A stretch of 63,816 nucleotides of DNA, filler included, from Bigelowiella natans CCMP2755 (taxonomy: Eukaryota > Protista > Cercozoa): the NCBI GenBank assembly GCA_000320545.1. It is 6 parts of 6 records of this genome, joined end to end, with 100 filler letters (N's around TTAATTAATTAA, not from the genome) between each part and the next. Parts side by side here need not be neighbours in the genome. Positions count along the whole stretch, not along the records: positions 15,499 to 36,972 come from ADNK01000716.1; positions 37,073 to 56,967 come from ADNK01000463.1; 4 more parts are not named here. The stretch is one strand, 5' to 3'. The position numbers were made by a program, and so were the translations under genes. Under the pieces are notes generated by a model. That model saw only the letters and a program-made list of their open reading frames with translations, was not told the DNA's origin and did no database searches. Positions 27,643 through 40,819 of the stretch are shown one piece after another; within the stretch, counting starts at the first letter, position 1, and the number at the start of each line of letters is the position of its first letter.

Positions 27643-29037
27643 CATCCTGCAGATTGGCTACGACGGTACGACGTGTGCTCTCCACAAACGCTATAAAACC
27701 ACGGACAAAACATGATTAAAATGACGATGGCGTGAGCGACTCGAGCTTCGCGGCACTTGCACCGACGATGACAGCGAAAGCGAGAGGAAGTTCAGAAGGG
27801 GGGGGGAGGGGGGGGGGGTGAATGCGGGGAAGTGCTCACATTACATATAAATGCCATTATTAGGCGGGGACAACGGATATAATCTATTCAAGGAAGCTTT
27901 TGACACGGGGGGGGCTGTGGAAAAGTACGCCCGAAAACAAGTAAAAAACCTACTTTGTTTTCTCGTTGTGACCAGTCATACACCACAACAGCTGGCTCTC
28001 CTCGGCTTGGCGATTGGCCAGTTGCACTGCAACACTCTCGAGCACGCGCGCGCGCGCGCGACTGCATGCATGCTTGGCCAGCACCGATAATTTCTGAACC
28101 ATTGAAATAGAAGGAATTTATAACTAGAAGCAACAAAACACACCCATCGATCCACACTGCCGTCAGGTCTCCTTTATACGCGACCGTTGGCTGGCGATGA
28201 TGCAGGTCGGTAACACGAATGAATGCACGGCACGCTCTAATGGAGATAACCCCTTCGCTTCGCTTTCCTCCCCGTCACCTTTGAAAAATCACTCGCGTTG
28301 GAGCTTGTCGAGAAGACGGCACATGTCCAGAGCGTAATGTATGAGTATTTACAATTCATATATTAATACGCATACTGCACAGGCGGTTCATGAAGTGGTC
28401 AACGACGACAAGCTCCTCAGTGCTAACGAGGGGCTCATGCGAATGCTCAGATCATCCCTGTGAGTGTGGTGTAGAGCGTTGTTTTGCAGCTAGTGTCAAA
28501 TAATGTGTATGTTACTTTTGCATACATGAACGTAACTATTCCTGCATTTTCTATCGGCATATCGTATTCTCTCGAGCAGCTCGAAGAACATCTGTGGGAA
28601 CAGGCGCAGCCACCAATGCAAAGAGGCCCGGTCAACCGTCCTCATGCAGAGCTGGGTAGTCTTTTTCTCCATCTGCCGGCGATGATAGGAGCACGCGCAT
28701 GCACGAACAGCATGGGCGAGTCAATACTAGCAACACTTCCGAGAGTGGCAATGCGAGCATGGGGTGTCCTTCCCATCAGCCGTGTTACACGCACGTGCGG
28801 AGAGGGCAAACAGCGCGCTCAAAGCCGAACCCCATCTTATGTCAGGTGAACGTGCTTCACAGAAGCGGGAAGTACGCTGGGGAGGTCTTCGAGGACGAGA
28901 TGCACGACCACATGTGGCCTTGGCACGGTACGGAGTAGACGCCACGCGTGCAACCATTCGCTCATCGAAGCCGACATCGGAGGCATTGCAAGCGTCGATA
29001 AACTATGCGAGCACGTTTGCTTGTCGTTGGTTGATTT

Positions 29038-29073
<36 letters not shown>

Positions 29074-29169
29074 TCTTCTTTCTCTCTTTCCCTCTTTCTC
29101 CTCTCTCCTTCTGTCTAGGCTATATTATCCTTGATGGCAATAACACAGGTCAGAACTGATCCTCACAGC

Positions 29170-29220
<51 letters not shown>

Positions 29221-29955
29221 TTATATATGTATATTGATATGGAGGGAGAGAGAGTGAGAGAGAGAGAGAGAGAGATTGTGAAAGTGTGAGTAAAAATAGA
29301 GAAAACTGAACCAAGTGATTCTTGTTTATTACCACTACGGTAGCCATTTGTATAGTCGAATGTTTTTGACGTGCTGAACGACTACTATCGTTCCTTGCAA
29401 TATAGAAAGTACATCGGTGTAACAGTAACACCACGCGCTTTGGCGGTATACCTTGCCGTTGGCCGAATGGCGGCTTACTCAATTGCCACTGTTTCCTCCT
29501 CTTTGCTCTGTTCTACATCCAAATGATAGGGACAACCTTTGCCTCTCCGGACTTTGTACGTCAAATGCGGAATAAATGTTTACACCTGCTACATTTCGAT
29601 TAATATAAAATAATAAGTATATATATATATATATATATACATATATTTGGTATTATTGTTTTTTACAAATACTGTACATGATGTACAGAATAGTTTACAT
29701 GGATAATGTTGAGTGACTGCAAACTTGGTGTCTATATGCATACACGTGTGTTTGAGACTGTGTGTGTGCGTGTGCGTGTGTGCGTGTATTTCCTCCAACT
29801 CCCTCCCACAGGGAAATGTGTTCACTATGAAGCACTCTCAAAACTACGTTCGGCCAAGACTAATCATATATGCAGTCGATGAAACCTTCGCCAAAAAATC
29901 TTTTAAAATAGGAATTATAATATAAAATGTGCATATGTATATGCATATATGTGTA

Positions 29956-29994
<39 letters not shown>

Positions 29995-30133
29995 CGATGT
30001 ATCTTAAACACAGATACTGATGCTTCCTGGTGGCATATACCATGTTCCACGAGTATGCAAACGGAGCACGTGCCCTGAACATAGAGTCACCCAGGCGTTT
30101 GATATTCGGTTGTTATACAAAACATATATACAC

Positions 30134-30170
<37 letters not shown>

Positions 30171-31080
30171 TATCGAAAGCCTCTCTCAAACAGGCAAAAG
30201 TGTGAAAAAATCGTATGCCTAAGCGATAAGCCCGTTAATCACATCATTTTGTAACTCAATGAACAAGGTTAAAGCAGCTAAATCAATTTCTGTCAATTTT
30301 TTCCTTGTCATCCCTTCCTCCCCTCTTTCTTCTTCTCAGCTTCACGCAACATATCAGTGGTCACGGTAATCAAAACTGAAGGACTAAGTGCATACTCACT
30401 GCGTGGTGTGCTTGCTGCATCCTTTTCATGTGTGTATGTGTGTGTGTGTGTGTGTGTGTGCGTGCGTGCGTGTGTGATGTTTTTGTTCAAGGCATGAACC
30501 TCCTCTACGAAGGGGAAATAGCCGAGGGTCAACCCATCTACCAGTGGTTTTATCAAAAGTAAATTTACGCGAGCAAGCAGACACTGCTGACACATATCAT
30601 CCGAATATGGCCAGTACCACATATATGGAAGCGGCTTCTTTAGAGGAAGAGTTTGTAGATGTATGCGCGTACATTTCTGCGACACGGCGTCCCTTGTGGC
30701 AGCTATCTTCTTCTGTAACCCTTGAAACTCCAATATCTATCAGATTACATAAGGCGCAGAAGCAGTTCATCTCAAGACCCTCAAACTTCGATTTCATCCC
30801 TTATGATTATGGTAGTAGCTCTAAAGAATATCTAGTCAGGAGAAAGCATAGTCGAGCTTATTATACCAAAGTGGTTAAGTGATTATTCAACCTTCTAATA
30901 ATTTCTTTTCTTTTCCGCGCCTTCTATCTAAATCCAGCTGCAGCTTTCAACACTAGAGATCAGGGGGGAAATGGCGACAGTGTCGACGAGGGCGATGACG
31001 ATGTCGATGACGACGATGACGACGACGATGACGACGATTTGTATCTTGACATGGATTTCTTGCCGGAGGATGACAACTAG
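27098..31080 (+). CDS. Hypothetical multi-exon protein with acidic C-terminus; 5' end probably further upstream (~26400)
   Basis: Series of short AG..GT-bounded open exons (~27160-27327, 27403-27535, 27864-27940, 28167-28205, 28383-28459, 28580-28655, 28846-28927, 29119-29148, ~29812) between microsatellite introns, ending ...DDDDLYLDMDFLPEDDN* at 31080. Could be more than one gene. Confidence 0.45.
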
Positions 31081-33111
31081 AGACAGATGATCCTCAAAAT
31101 CCACTGTGCCCATCTAGCTGTGCACATCACAATGCAATGTGGCTGCATGTTTCGATGCACATCAGCAACCACATTGCGATTTGTGCATTTCATGTCATTA
31201 GAAATTGAAGTGGCATCCATGCTGAAGTTCTGCAATGGCATTGGCAGGTGGCCATGGAGCGAAACAAAGGCAGATGATGAGCGTCAGTGTCCCAGAATGT
31301 GCAGCGCGCGGCCATGCGTTGCAGACCAACAACACGGCGACAGAGGAAGCCATGGCGAGTGCATGCGCACGCGCAACCATCATGTGTGACACAGTGACCA
31401 CCAGAGAATTGTGAGATGAATGCATGCCAGCATCCAGAGCATGGCATGCAACAGTGATGCGCCATGCTAGCATGCACCCACATCCTGGACGACATCGTGC
31501 ACGTCCGCCAAGAGAGTGTGGGCAACGACATCACGCAGCGTGAATGCGATCATGCGATGTGCAATGACGTCGTCCTGGTGCACGTGTGTTCAATCTGCAG
31601 CCCAGATCCAGAGATGCCATCACGTGCACATGCACTGCTGCAAGATGAGTCCCACACCAAACACCTTTCTCTGCTTCGATGAGATGTGACGGCTAGACGG
31701 GCCACACCAGCACAGCACGGTTGTCCATGATCGTTCAGTTTGGCTGTGCTGAAAACCACATTGCGTCGTTCCAGCGTTCCGCACACATCCAAACGTGACG
31801 CGCACGGCCGGCCCAGCTGGACGGTTGGCGGTGCCTGCTCGACAGCTGGCTAGCTGGACAAGCTAGCAAGACTGAAGTTTCAACAAGGACCACAACTGAA
31901 AGTTGATGCGTTGGCTGCAGTGGTGAGTCCTGAGCTAGCTGAGTCCTGATCACCACTGGACCAGGCTGCCTTGACTGCTTCGCAGCTCTCCCTCAAGCTT
32001 CGCCAGCTTCGGCAGCGAGTGAAGGACCTGAACTCTTTGTTGTTTCAACTTTGAGTGAACTTGGAGACTTGAAGTCTCCAAACGTGTGCACGCGCGCAAC
32101 GAACGTCCACCAAAGTTTTCACACGTGCTGGCGTGTGCCTGCTTCTGTGTGCCGCGTGCACGTCTGGACGTGTTCTTTCACAACTGCACGCACCTGCTCA
32201 TCTCACACACTGATTTGCACCACACATGAACTCTGGTTTCAGCGAAATGACTGATGTGTCACACGTGTGATTGAATTGTGTGCACATTCAGAGGTTGAAG
32301 TCTCTGAATGGGAAACCTCTTGAGTCAATGCACACAATTGGGAAGCAAGGTGCGTGTGGCGGCGACTTCAAGAACTGCTCCCCACGCTGGCATGCTGGCA
32401 CGTGCCAGCGCATGGTTGCCCCGTGAGGGGCTTGGTTGGAGTTTTTCACTTGTCTCCCCCACCGACTTGTGTCCATCGAGCTAGCAAGGGGAGTTCGTGT
32501 GACGACCCTTGGGTCAAGATCCTCACTCAGCTTGTCCAGGGACTCCTTTGCCGTCCAAGTTTGTCAGGTGCAAAAATGACTCTCTGGATGAATCAATGCG
32601 AGTCAGTTGTTTGATCTGAGCAATCATCCAGGAAGAGTCTTTCACAACGGATCCAAACGTCCTTTCTGGCTTTCCAGCTTTGTCAATTGACCGAGGCACC
32701 GGTCGCCGGGCACCACATCAACACAAGAGACGAGTTGTTGAACATCAAAAAGAGTGAGTTTTGGATGGGCTCCTCAGTGTGCTCGTAGTACCCCTTCCCG
32801 CTGCTCCTGTTGAAAGTCAGTTGGTTTTGTCCATGCGACATCGTATGTTGACTGCCAAAAGAAGAAATGGCGACTTTCCCATGACTCAATTTAAGATTTC
32901 CGGTGTTCTCGGAAATCGAGAGGGCGAAATCATGTATTTCAACCTTTATGCCATTGTCGCATGTGTGTAAATCCCACAAAATTGACATCGTCTCATCCTG
33001 CCTCTATACGTTCCAGTCTGACAAAATTGTCCCTCTTCTTCCATTGCTCAGAAGAAAGGTGCTGGGGGCACCTGTTGCTTCCAAATTAAGAACTGTGTGA
33101 TAATCTTTGTG

Positions 33112-33180
33112 TGAGGATCAATCTTCCAAATTGTATACGTGATCTATGTATGAGGACCAATGTTCCAAATTGTATACGTG
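33112..33180 (+). repeat. Imperfect 30-bp direct repeat, period 39
   Basis: TGAGGATCAATCTTCCAAATTGTATACGTG (33112-33141) and TGAGGACCAATGTTCCAAATTGTATACGTG (33151-33180), 2 mismatches. Confidence 0.85.
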
Positions 33181-33215
33181 TGCACAGGGAATCTTGAGCA
33201 AAAACGGTGTGACAA

Positions 33216-34563
33216 ATGAAGCTGTTTCACCTGAGTTTGTGCCTGGGCATGCTCGCCAGATCAACGCTGGCATTGCCTAATTACCAAGGCTGCATGACGC
33301 CAGAAGCGAAGAGTCGACCTTACTGCAACGAATCGCTATCGTTTAACGAGCGGATTGAGCTCCTTCTCGACGACATGTCAATCCAGGAACAGGTAGTCAT
33401 GCGTTCTTCGGGTGATTTCGGGCGGAAGGGGGTTGAAACAACCTCCTGCTTGTTTCTATTTGAAAACTAATATGCTTTTTAATCGCCTCATTGCGAATAG
33501 GTTCTTCTCCTCAGCAATGACAACAGCACGCTCAACTGCAACATGCCCAGCGGGTATGTAAACGAGCGACCTTCTTAAATGCACATATTTGATGGTGGAT
33601 CGCATGTGAATTCTCCTCCATTGGGTCCTAGGAATCGTCCGTGCTCTCATTGATTATACACACATACAACACACAGAAACGTGTCGAGAATTGGCCTCCC
33701 ACGATACACGTGGCTAATGGAGACTAACTCTGGGGTCCATTCTGTATGCCTTGGCGATGGCAAATGCGCGACAATGTAGAAATCATAACCAACCATTTGT
33801 GCTTGTTGAGGCACTGTCCCTTTCATGCAGCCTTCATGAGTGCAGCCTTTATGAGTGAGATAAAGGCTTCTTCGAATCAGTAGATTTGCTCATCGCTCTT
33901 CCCATCTCCGTGCCTCCTTATCCCTCCAGATTTCCAAGCCCAATGGCCATGGCGGCCTCCTTCAATCGATCCCTTTGGCGCGCAAAGGGAGACGTAATTA
34001 GTACGGAGATGCGAGCGCTTTCGAATAATGGCGGCTACATTGATAGGGGAACGCTCCCCTCTGGGCTCTCTGGTTTTGGTGAGAGCATTATTTCACATTC
34101 TCGCCTCCGGGTGTATGGAGTCACCGAAGACCAGCTTTATAGAGTGCTTCTTTCCTCCTTATCTATCAGGCCCAAACATCAACATTCTCCGCGACCCTAG
34201 GTTTGGAAGAGCGAGCGAGCTTCCAGGGGAAGATCCCTTCCTCAATGGTGCGTACGCGGCAGAGTACGTCAAGGGCATGCAGCAGGTTATCGATGATGAT
34301 GATGATGTTGATGCCAATGATGATGATGATAATGCATACCAGCACGCTATTGTAAAGGAAATAGCTATGCGTGTATAACTTTACGTTTTAGAATAGACAT
34401 TTTGGGATGATTAATTGAAATAATGTTGTAGGTTGATGAGAATGGATACCACAAAATGAACAGCTACCTCAAGCACTTCACTGCGTAATGATAAAACACA
34501 ACACGGACGGAGGGGATCTGTTTCATCATTAACTGAATTTTACATCGCGTATCTCCTCTCCCT

Positions 34564-34610
<47 letters not shown>

Positions 34611-34820
34611 AGTGTTTCAATGACTGTCTTGACACATTCTTGGCGAACAATCCATCAGATATTCACGGGAGTTCCAGCGCCAGCATTCGAATGCTGTCAT
34701 TTCTACCTTCGACCTATACGACACGTACTTGAAACTGACTCCTTAATCATACAATTTGACGCTAATGGGATAGAGCGACAGAAATGTATAATACATGTGA
34801 ATAAGTACATAAACACAAAC

Positions 34821-34860
<40 letters not shown>

Positions 34861-34989
34861 CTGTATAATTGGCAGATATCTACCCCACTATGAACGCACG
34901 TTCAAGAAGGCAAACGCGAGCGGCGTTATGTGCTCTTACAACGGTCAGAGTCGCAGTACAACTATACACGCATTGCGCGTAGACGACAT

Positions 34990-35058
<69 letters not shown>

Positions 35059-35554
35059 ATTATCCAGCACACTTCGTCACGACCTTACACTGTGCGCTCT
35101 ACAGGCATCAACGGCACGCCAAACTGCGCATCGAAGTTCCTGACGGACTTGATGCGGAAAACATGGGGGCAGCCGGATGCGCTCACCATGTCCGATTGCG
35201 GCGCGATCCGCGACGTCACGAAGCTTCCTTGGTATAGGCGAAGAAAGCACAAGCCTTCTTGCGTTGGCACTCTCATCCTGATCGATTATCATTTCGCCAT
35301 GACTTGAAATCCCCCCTCCCCCCCCCCCCCCCCCTTCCACCCTCCCTCTCTCTGCCTCCACATGCACGCGTGCCGGGCTATTATACGCTGATCCATCCGT
35401 TCTCTCCCAGGTTCTGGGCGCCCGATGAAGTTGCCTTGGTAAGATGTGTCGGCGTTGATGTATGCCAGTGGTGAATTCGAACACACAGCATGCATCATCA
35501 AAAGCATAGCCCAGTCTAAGAAGAGCGACGACGACACAACCCCCATACCCGTAT

Positions 35555-35596
<42 letters not shown>

Positions 35597-36708
35597 GACG
35601 ACGACAAAAACATCATGCAGTTACGACATCGTGAAGAGAGAGGGCTGATGATGCTGGTGTCTATCAGACTCGCGTCTTAGAGAACGGGACGGATATAGAG
35701 GCGGGAAGTACGATAATCGTAAGAAATGCTAAGAACGCCATCGAGCACGGTAAAGCACCTAGGAACGCCGTCGCCGCCGCCGAAAACGATACAGAAACCG
35801 CATTTATCCGATCCCGTTCGTAGAATGGCGCACACACAACACGCAAACCGTGTATACATACCGCGGATTGCAATTTAACATTACCTCTCCTTGCACCTCG
35901 CCCCCCCTCCCCAGGCGTGCTCAAGGCATCAACCCTTCGCGCGGCGGCACGACGCACCCTTGTGCAGAGGTTTCGAGTAGGCCTCTTCGATGACCCTAAA
36001 AAGGTGATGGCAAGGATGTGAGTGGGGAGGGGATACCGTGCCCAGTAGGAGTACTATTTAGAGGTGGATCTGGCGCCGTAGCTCAAGTGGCGACGATTGT
36101 GTTTTCGCATATGATTGATTCGAGGGGAGTGAGTCCTCGTAATTCGAGTCATTGTCATTATCACCGTTGTTACCATCATCGCTGCCATCGGCAGCATATC
36201 TATGAACACCCAAAAAACAAATCAAAAACAACACGCAACGAATGCGAAAAAAGGTGTCGTGGACGTCCATCCCCGCCGAGAAACTTGGCGCAAAAGAACA
36301 CCAAGCGTTGAGTCTGGAGGCCGCACTGCAGGGAATGGTGCTGCTCAAGAACGACGGGGTAAGATCATGTTCAATCATCTTTCGTTGGGACGGGGGGGGG
36401 GCAGGGCAGATATTGTGCGTGGGGGAAATTACACGGAATGAGAACGGCATATACGAGACGCAATACTATATTTTGAAGGCCCGACCGAGTTGTCGCTCAT
36501 ACTGCGGTGTTGTTTGTTTGTTTGTTTGTTGTTGTTGTTGTTGTTTGTTATCATCATCATCATCATCATCGTCATCGTCATCATCGATATCATCAAGATC
36601 CTTCCCTTGAAGAAGGGCATCAAGGTGGCAGTGATCGGTCCCCACGCAGAGTCGCATGTAGAGCTGATGGAAGACTACTACGGAAACGAAGTGTGCTACA
36701 ATAAAACG
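33216..36708 (+). CDS. Secreted GH3 beta-xylosidase/arabinofuranosidase-like enzyme; 3' end lost at spacer
   Basis: Signal peptide [19 protein letters not shown]; [58 protein letters not shown]|GING, nucleophile motif SDCGAI, MVLLKND|ILPL, VAVIGP. Confidence 0.92.
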
Positions 36709-36972
36709 GTATGTGGGGGACAAAACGACGATGACGATGATGATGACGATGACGATGACGATGATGATGATGATGACGATGATGACGATGACGATGGCGA
36801 TGATGATGACGATGATGATGATGATGATGATGGAGCAATAACATCCACTACACGACATGGAAGTTGGGTGAATCGAGAGCTTCATACCCATGGGACGTGC
36901 ATAAGCGATCTCCGAAGCAATAACCATCATCATTGTCATCATTATATTCATATTTAATAATTCCGGTAGTAT

Positions 36973-37072
36973 NNNNNNNNNNNNNNNNNNNNNNNNNNNN
37001 NNNNNNNNNNNNNNNNTTAATTAATTAANNNNNNNNNNNNNNNNNNNNNNNNNNNNNNNNNNNNNNNNNNNN
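36973..37072. other. Artificial assembly spacer
   Basis: 44N-TTAATTAATTAA-44N. Confidence 0.97.
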
Positions 37073-37076
37073 CCAT

Positions 37077-37115
<39 letters not shown>

Positions 37116-37174
37116 TTATAATATATGTGTATTTGTGTTGGCAATTAAACGTGATTTGACTTGAAAATCTACAG

Positions 37175-37921
37175 GTGGTATCCGAATGCAACTCCCGCTG
37201 TTCTTGGGCTTGCGCGAGCTGTAAGGTGAGATAAAAGATGGAAGGGAGGTTAGGGTGAGGGGGGGGGGGGGTCGCAGAGTCGTTGATTGTTGCGTAAATC
37301 TTCCTTCCTCGTGTTCGTGTCTGTTTTTCTGTTGTGTTGGTGCCAAATGCATGCATGTATGAGGACTTGTCTTTTGCTGCTGCATGCACAACGACGCAGA
37401 CTCCCTGCTCAAACCGCCTCGTCCAGCTCTCGGATGTATCCAAGACAGTGGAGGTTCTATTCCAGCAATTGCGTTTGCATTTCGTGAGACATAGATGCTA
37501 TCGTTCTTCTTATGGTTTTTTATGACGTCTGGGCTTCGGTGATAATTTGCCCCCCCCCCTCCCTGCCCACCTTCATCCGCAGCTGCAAGTGTTCCGCACG
37601 GAGAAGAAAGGATGGGGACTCCGCACATTAACGCCTATACCGAAGTCATTATGCACAACACACGCATACACAAGCACACGATGATGATACAGCTCATCAA
37701 ACGAACGCAATGATCTCTGAAGAACCCAAGAGAGGAAGCATCGATGATGATGATGATGATGATGATGATTCTTGTCGTGTTTTTGAGACAAGAATTTTGA
37801 AGGACTCAGCGTGTATTTGTACACCGTCAGGTATAGTTACGTGTGCGAGTACATCGGGGAGATCATCGCGGAGGAAATTGCGCAACAGGTTGAGTCATAT
37901 CTCAATGTATTCGTGTATCTG

Positions 37922-37964
<43 letters not shown>

Positions 37965-37974
37965 GTCTGTGTCT

Positions 37975-38014
<40 letters not shown>

Positions 38015-38975
38015 CGCAGTAGGGGTGGTCAAAAGATCTAGTATGGGGAACAGATAATACATACAAATAATGATGATGATGATGATGATGATGATAATGA
38101 TGATGGTAACTAAAGGTACGTTAATGATAGTGATAATTCAATTTCCCTGCTGCCATCCATCTGCACGCTCATCATATCAACACTATATTACCTTGGTGAT
38201 AGTACAATCGACAGTGTGTGTCCCATGATCAGCACTACCACTATTATTAATTAATGCTATCGTTGTTGCTGGCAGAGGGGAGAGTTCTATGACGTGAAAG
38301 GCTGTTCGTATCTCTGGACGCAGGGCGATGTGCATCCCTCGCAGGTAGAGCTGCATATATAAATTTGGGACAACGATATAGCAGTAAAGATCTATGTGTT
38401 TTGTGCTGCTGAATAAGGAGGGATACTATTCTTCATTTCTCCTTCAAATGCCACACATTGTCTCACGTCATTATCACCGTGCAAAGAGATGCCGAGATCT
38501 TTTCTTGTATATTGTATTCATTATCGTGTTGTTGTTGTTGTTGCTGCTGCTGCTGCTGTTACTGCTCCACCATCAGCCAACATTGATGCCGTACACGATC
38601 GACGCCACGGATTATGGAAATATCTCTCGTTTTATCAACCACAGGTCGTAGTTTGTTGCTCATAATGGCAGCAGTACTGTGACCATGAGGAGAAGAAGTA
38701 GAAGAATATTTAGAAGTAGTAGGAGGAGGAAGAGGAGGGGTGGGGGGGGGGGGGGGGTAGTACAGGGTGTTGTATCCAGAAGAATGAAAGATGTTGATAA
38801 CCGTTTAATCAATACGTTCATATGCCTCTTTCCCCCCCCCACCTTCCTAATCCTCCTCTCCCCCCCCCCTCGAATTAATAGCTGCGAAGCGAACTTGCTC
38901 GCCGTTTCTGTGAGGGTGGAGACACGGGATGTGAGGGTACTAACGTAGCCAGCCTAGCAATGAAAAGCGTTCAAA

Positions 38976-39019
<44 letters not shown>

Positions 39020-39391
39020 GTTACATCCTCCTGTTACTAGATTCCGAGGATTGGGATCTTCACCATGCGCAACATCAAGGCCTTTGAGGAGCTTACGATC
39101 GACTACAATTATTACATCGACAAGGTTTCGTGTTCTCAGGCTACATATACTACTCCCGCTGATGAAGAAATATATCAAAAATAAAAAATTTTCCATTGAT
39201 CACAGAACGGTCCTAATGATAGATTAATTGCCATAGAGCAAAGCATATTGATGTATTTTCCATTGATGTTTTTCAAGATTTCGGATCGCTGTTTTTAAGT
39301 CATTGTTGTGTCGCATCATCAGACTCTACCGCCAAACCTTCAAATACCGTGCAAGTGTGGGATGCCAAGGTGTCGTGGCCGCCTTCGATAA
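37175..39391 (+). CDS. 3' part of pre-SET/SET/post-SET histone-lysine methyltransferase (SUV39/G9a, H3K9-type)
   Basis: Exons give ECNSRCS, CSNRLVQ, LQVFRTEKKGWGLR, VCEYIGEII, IDATDYGNISRFINHS|CEANL, PRIGIFTMRNIKAFEELTIDY and post-SET CKCGMPRCRGRLR*. Confidence 0.92.
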
Positions 39392-40131
39392 GTATTGCAC
39401 AAGGTTTAAAGGAATTGTCTTTAATTTACATCTTCTTCTGCTCCACGCGTACGAAAATGCACACATTATTGTTCATTGCATGTGCGCATGCTGCTATGTT
39501 GTGACCTAGTCCATGGCCTCAGTTGTACGTACATCTAGACATTCAAGTTGGGAAACAACGTGTATCGTCGCTGCGAAATGATCCAATAGCATAGCTGCAT
39601 GCATGTAGTTGACTTGACTGAACGCAGTCTGCTAATGATGATATGTGCGATGATGAGGTCACTACTACTGCGCTAGCTAGACAGCTAGGCATTTGGAAAG
39701 CAAACAATCATAAAATGAAGGCAATGTTGTTGTGCGGACTCTCGCTTGCAATTATTATTTGTAGACATAACATAACAGCATAGCACGCGACGACGCAGCC
39801 ATATATATAGCTGAGCACACCCGCGTTGTCCGCGTGTGGCCACACTGTAGCGTGGGCGCAATCCTCGCTAGCTCGATCCATCCGACCCCGTATAACTAGA
39901 TAAGCATCCACGTACATGTGCACCATTGTTCTATTATGAGGGAGCTGCTATGCTGCTAATGTGTACTGCTGATATAACGAGCCTTCGATCTTCATGCAGC
40001 ATGATAGACAGCAAGTATGGCATGAGCGAAAGCGTAAGTGTGCCATACAAAAGATGTGCTGGGATTGAGACTGTCCTGCACAACATATCCATGCTTGCAC
40101 GTTTAGGTAGTGCACAATGGTAGGTTTCTCA

Positions 40132-40215
40132 AAAGTAACTCAGTGAGTTTGTGCTGCCGATAGTTCACAGTTGAAAGTAACTCAGTGAGTTTGTGCTGCC
40201 GATAGTTCACAGTTG
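40132..40215. repeat. Perfect 42-bp tandem duplication
   Basis: AAAGTAACTCAGTGAGTTTGTGCTGCCGATAGTTCACAGTTG at 40132-40173 and 40174-40215; spans the lipB stop codon. Confidence 0.95.
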
Positions 40216-40783
40216 AATAAATCTTCAAAGCATAAGAGCATCTCCTTTCGAACTTCTTCATAAGTCACCTCAGGATTTAATGATGTAACGCTACACACTT
40301 GGCGGTCTTCAATTCCACCTGCGGATCATACATAATTTTCCGGTTGAGTAAATATCCGCACTTCGCAATCTTTTGAAAGAGTGTTGGCCACCCACATGGT
40401 GTTATTCTATCAAAGTCCTCGAGCTGGTTGTCGACGTTCAGCGCCAGACCGTGCATGCTCCACCTGAGTTGAATCAATTCATGATCTCCGTTTTTAACCA
40501 CTCTCTAAATCACAACTCCATACCATCTCGTAACATTTATTCCCACGGCGGCGATCTAGAAGTTATATTCAACAAAGCATGTTGTTTTATGTTTTCTTAT
40601 GTTTCGATGCACCGATGATGCCAAATCAAAGTTAGGAAAATGATGTCCAACACCTTCGCAGTGCCAACCCACACTCCAGTATGTTCGGAATCTCGTTTGC
40701 CCTCAATTTCAAATTTTCTTAGCGCGTTTATTATCACCTCTTCCAACTAAATGGAAACACAGAAATAGAAGTTTTAGCTCCTC

Positions 40784-40819
<36 letters not shown>

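Noticed and set aside
33216-39391. GH3-SET fusion gene
   Set aside because: The two halves are separated by an artificial spacer and each is incomplete.
37175-39391. H3K9 methyltransferase as a linked component of the TpA-purging process
   Set aside because: It lies across a spacer from the purged block; proximity carries no information.
40132-40215. CRISPR-like array (also 33112-33180)
   Set aside because: Only two copies, no proper spacers, eukaryotic context, no cas genes.
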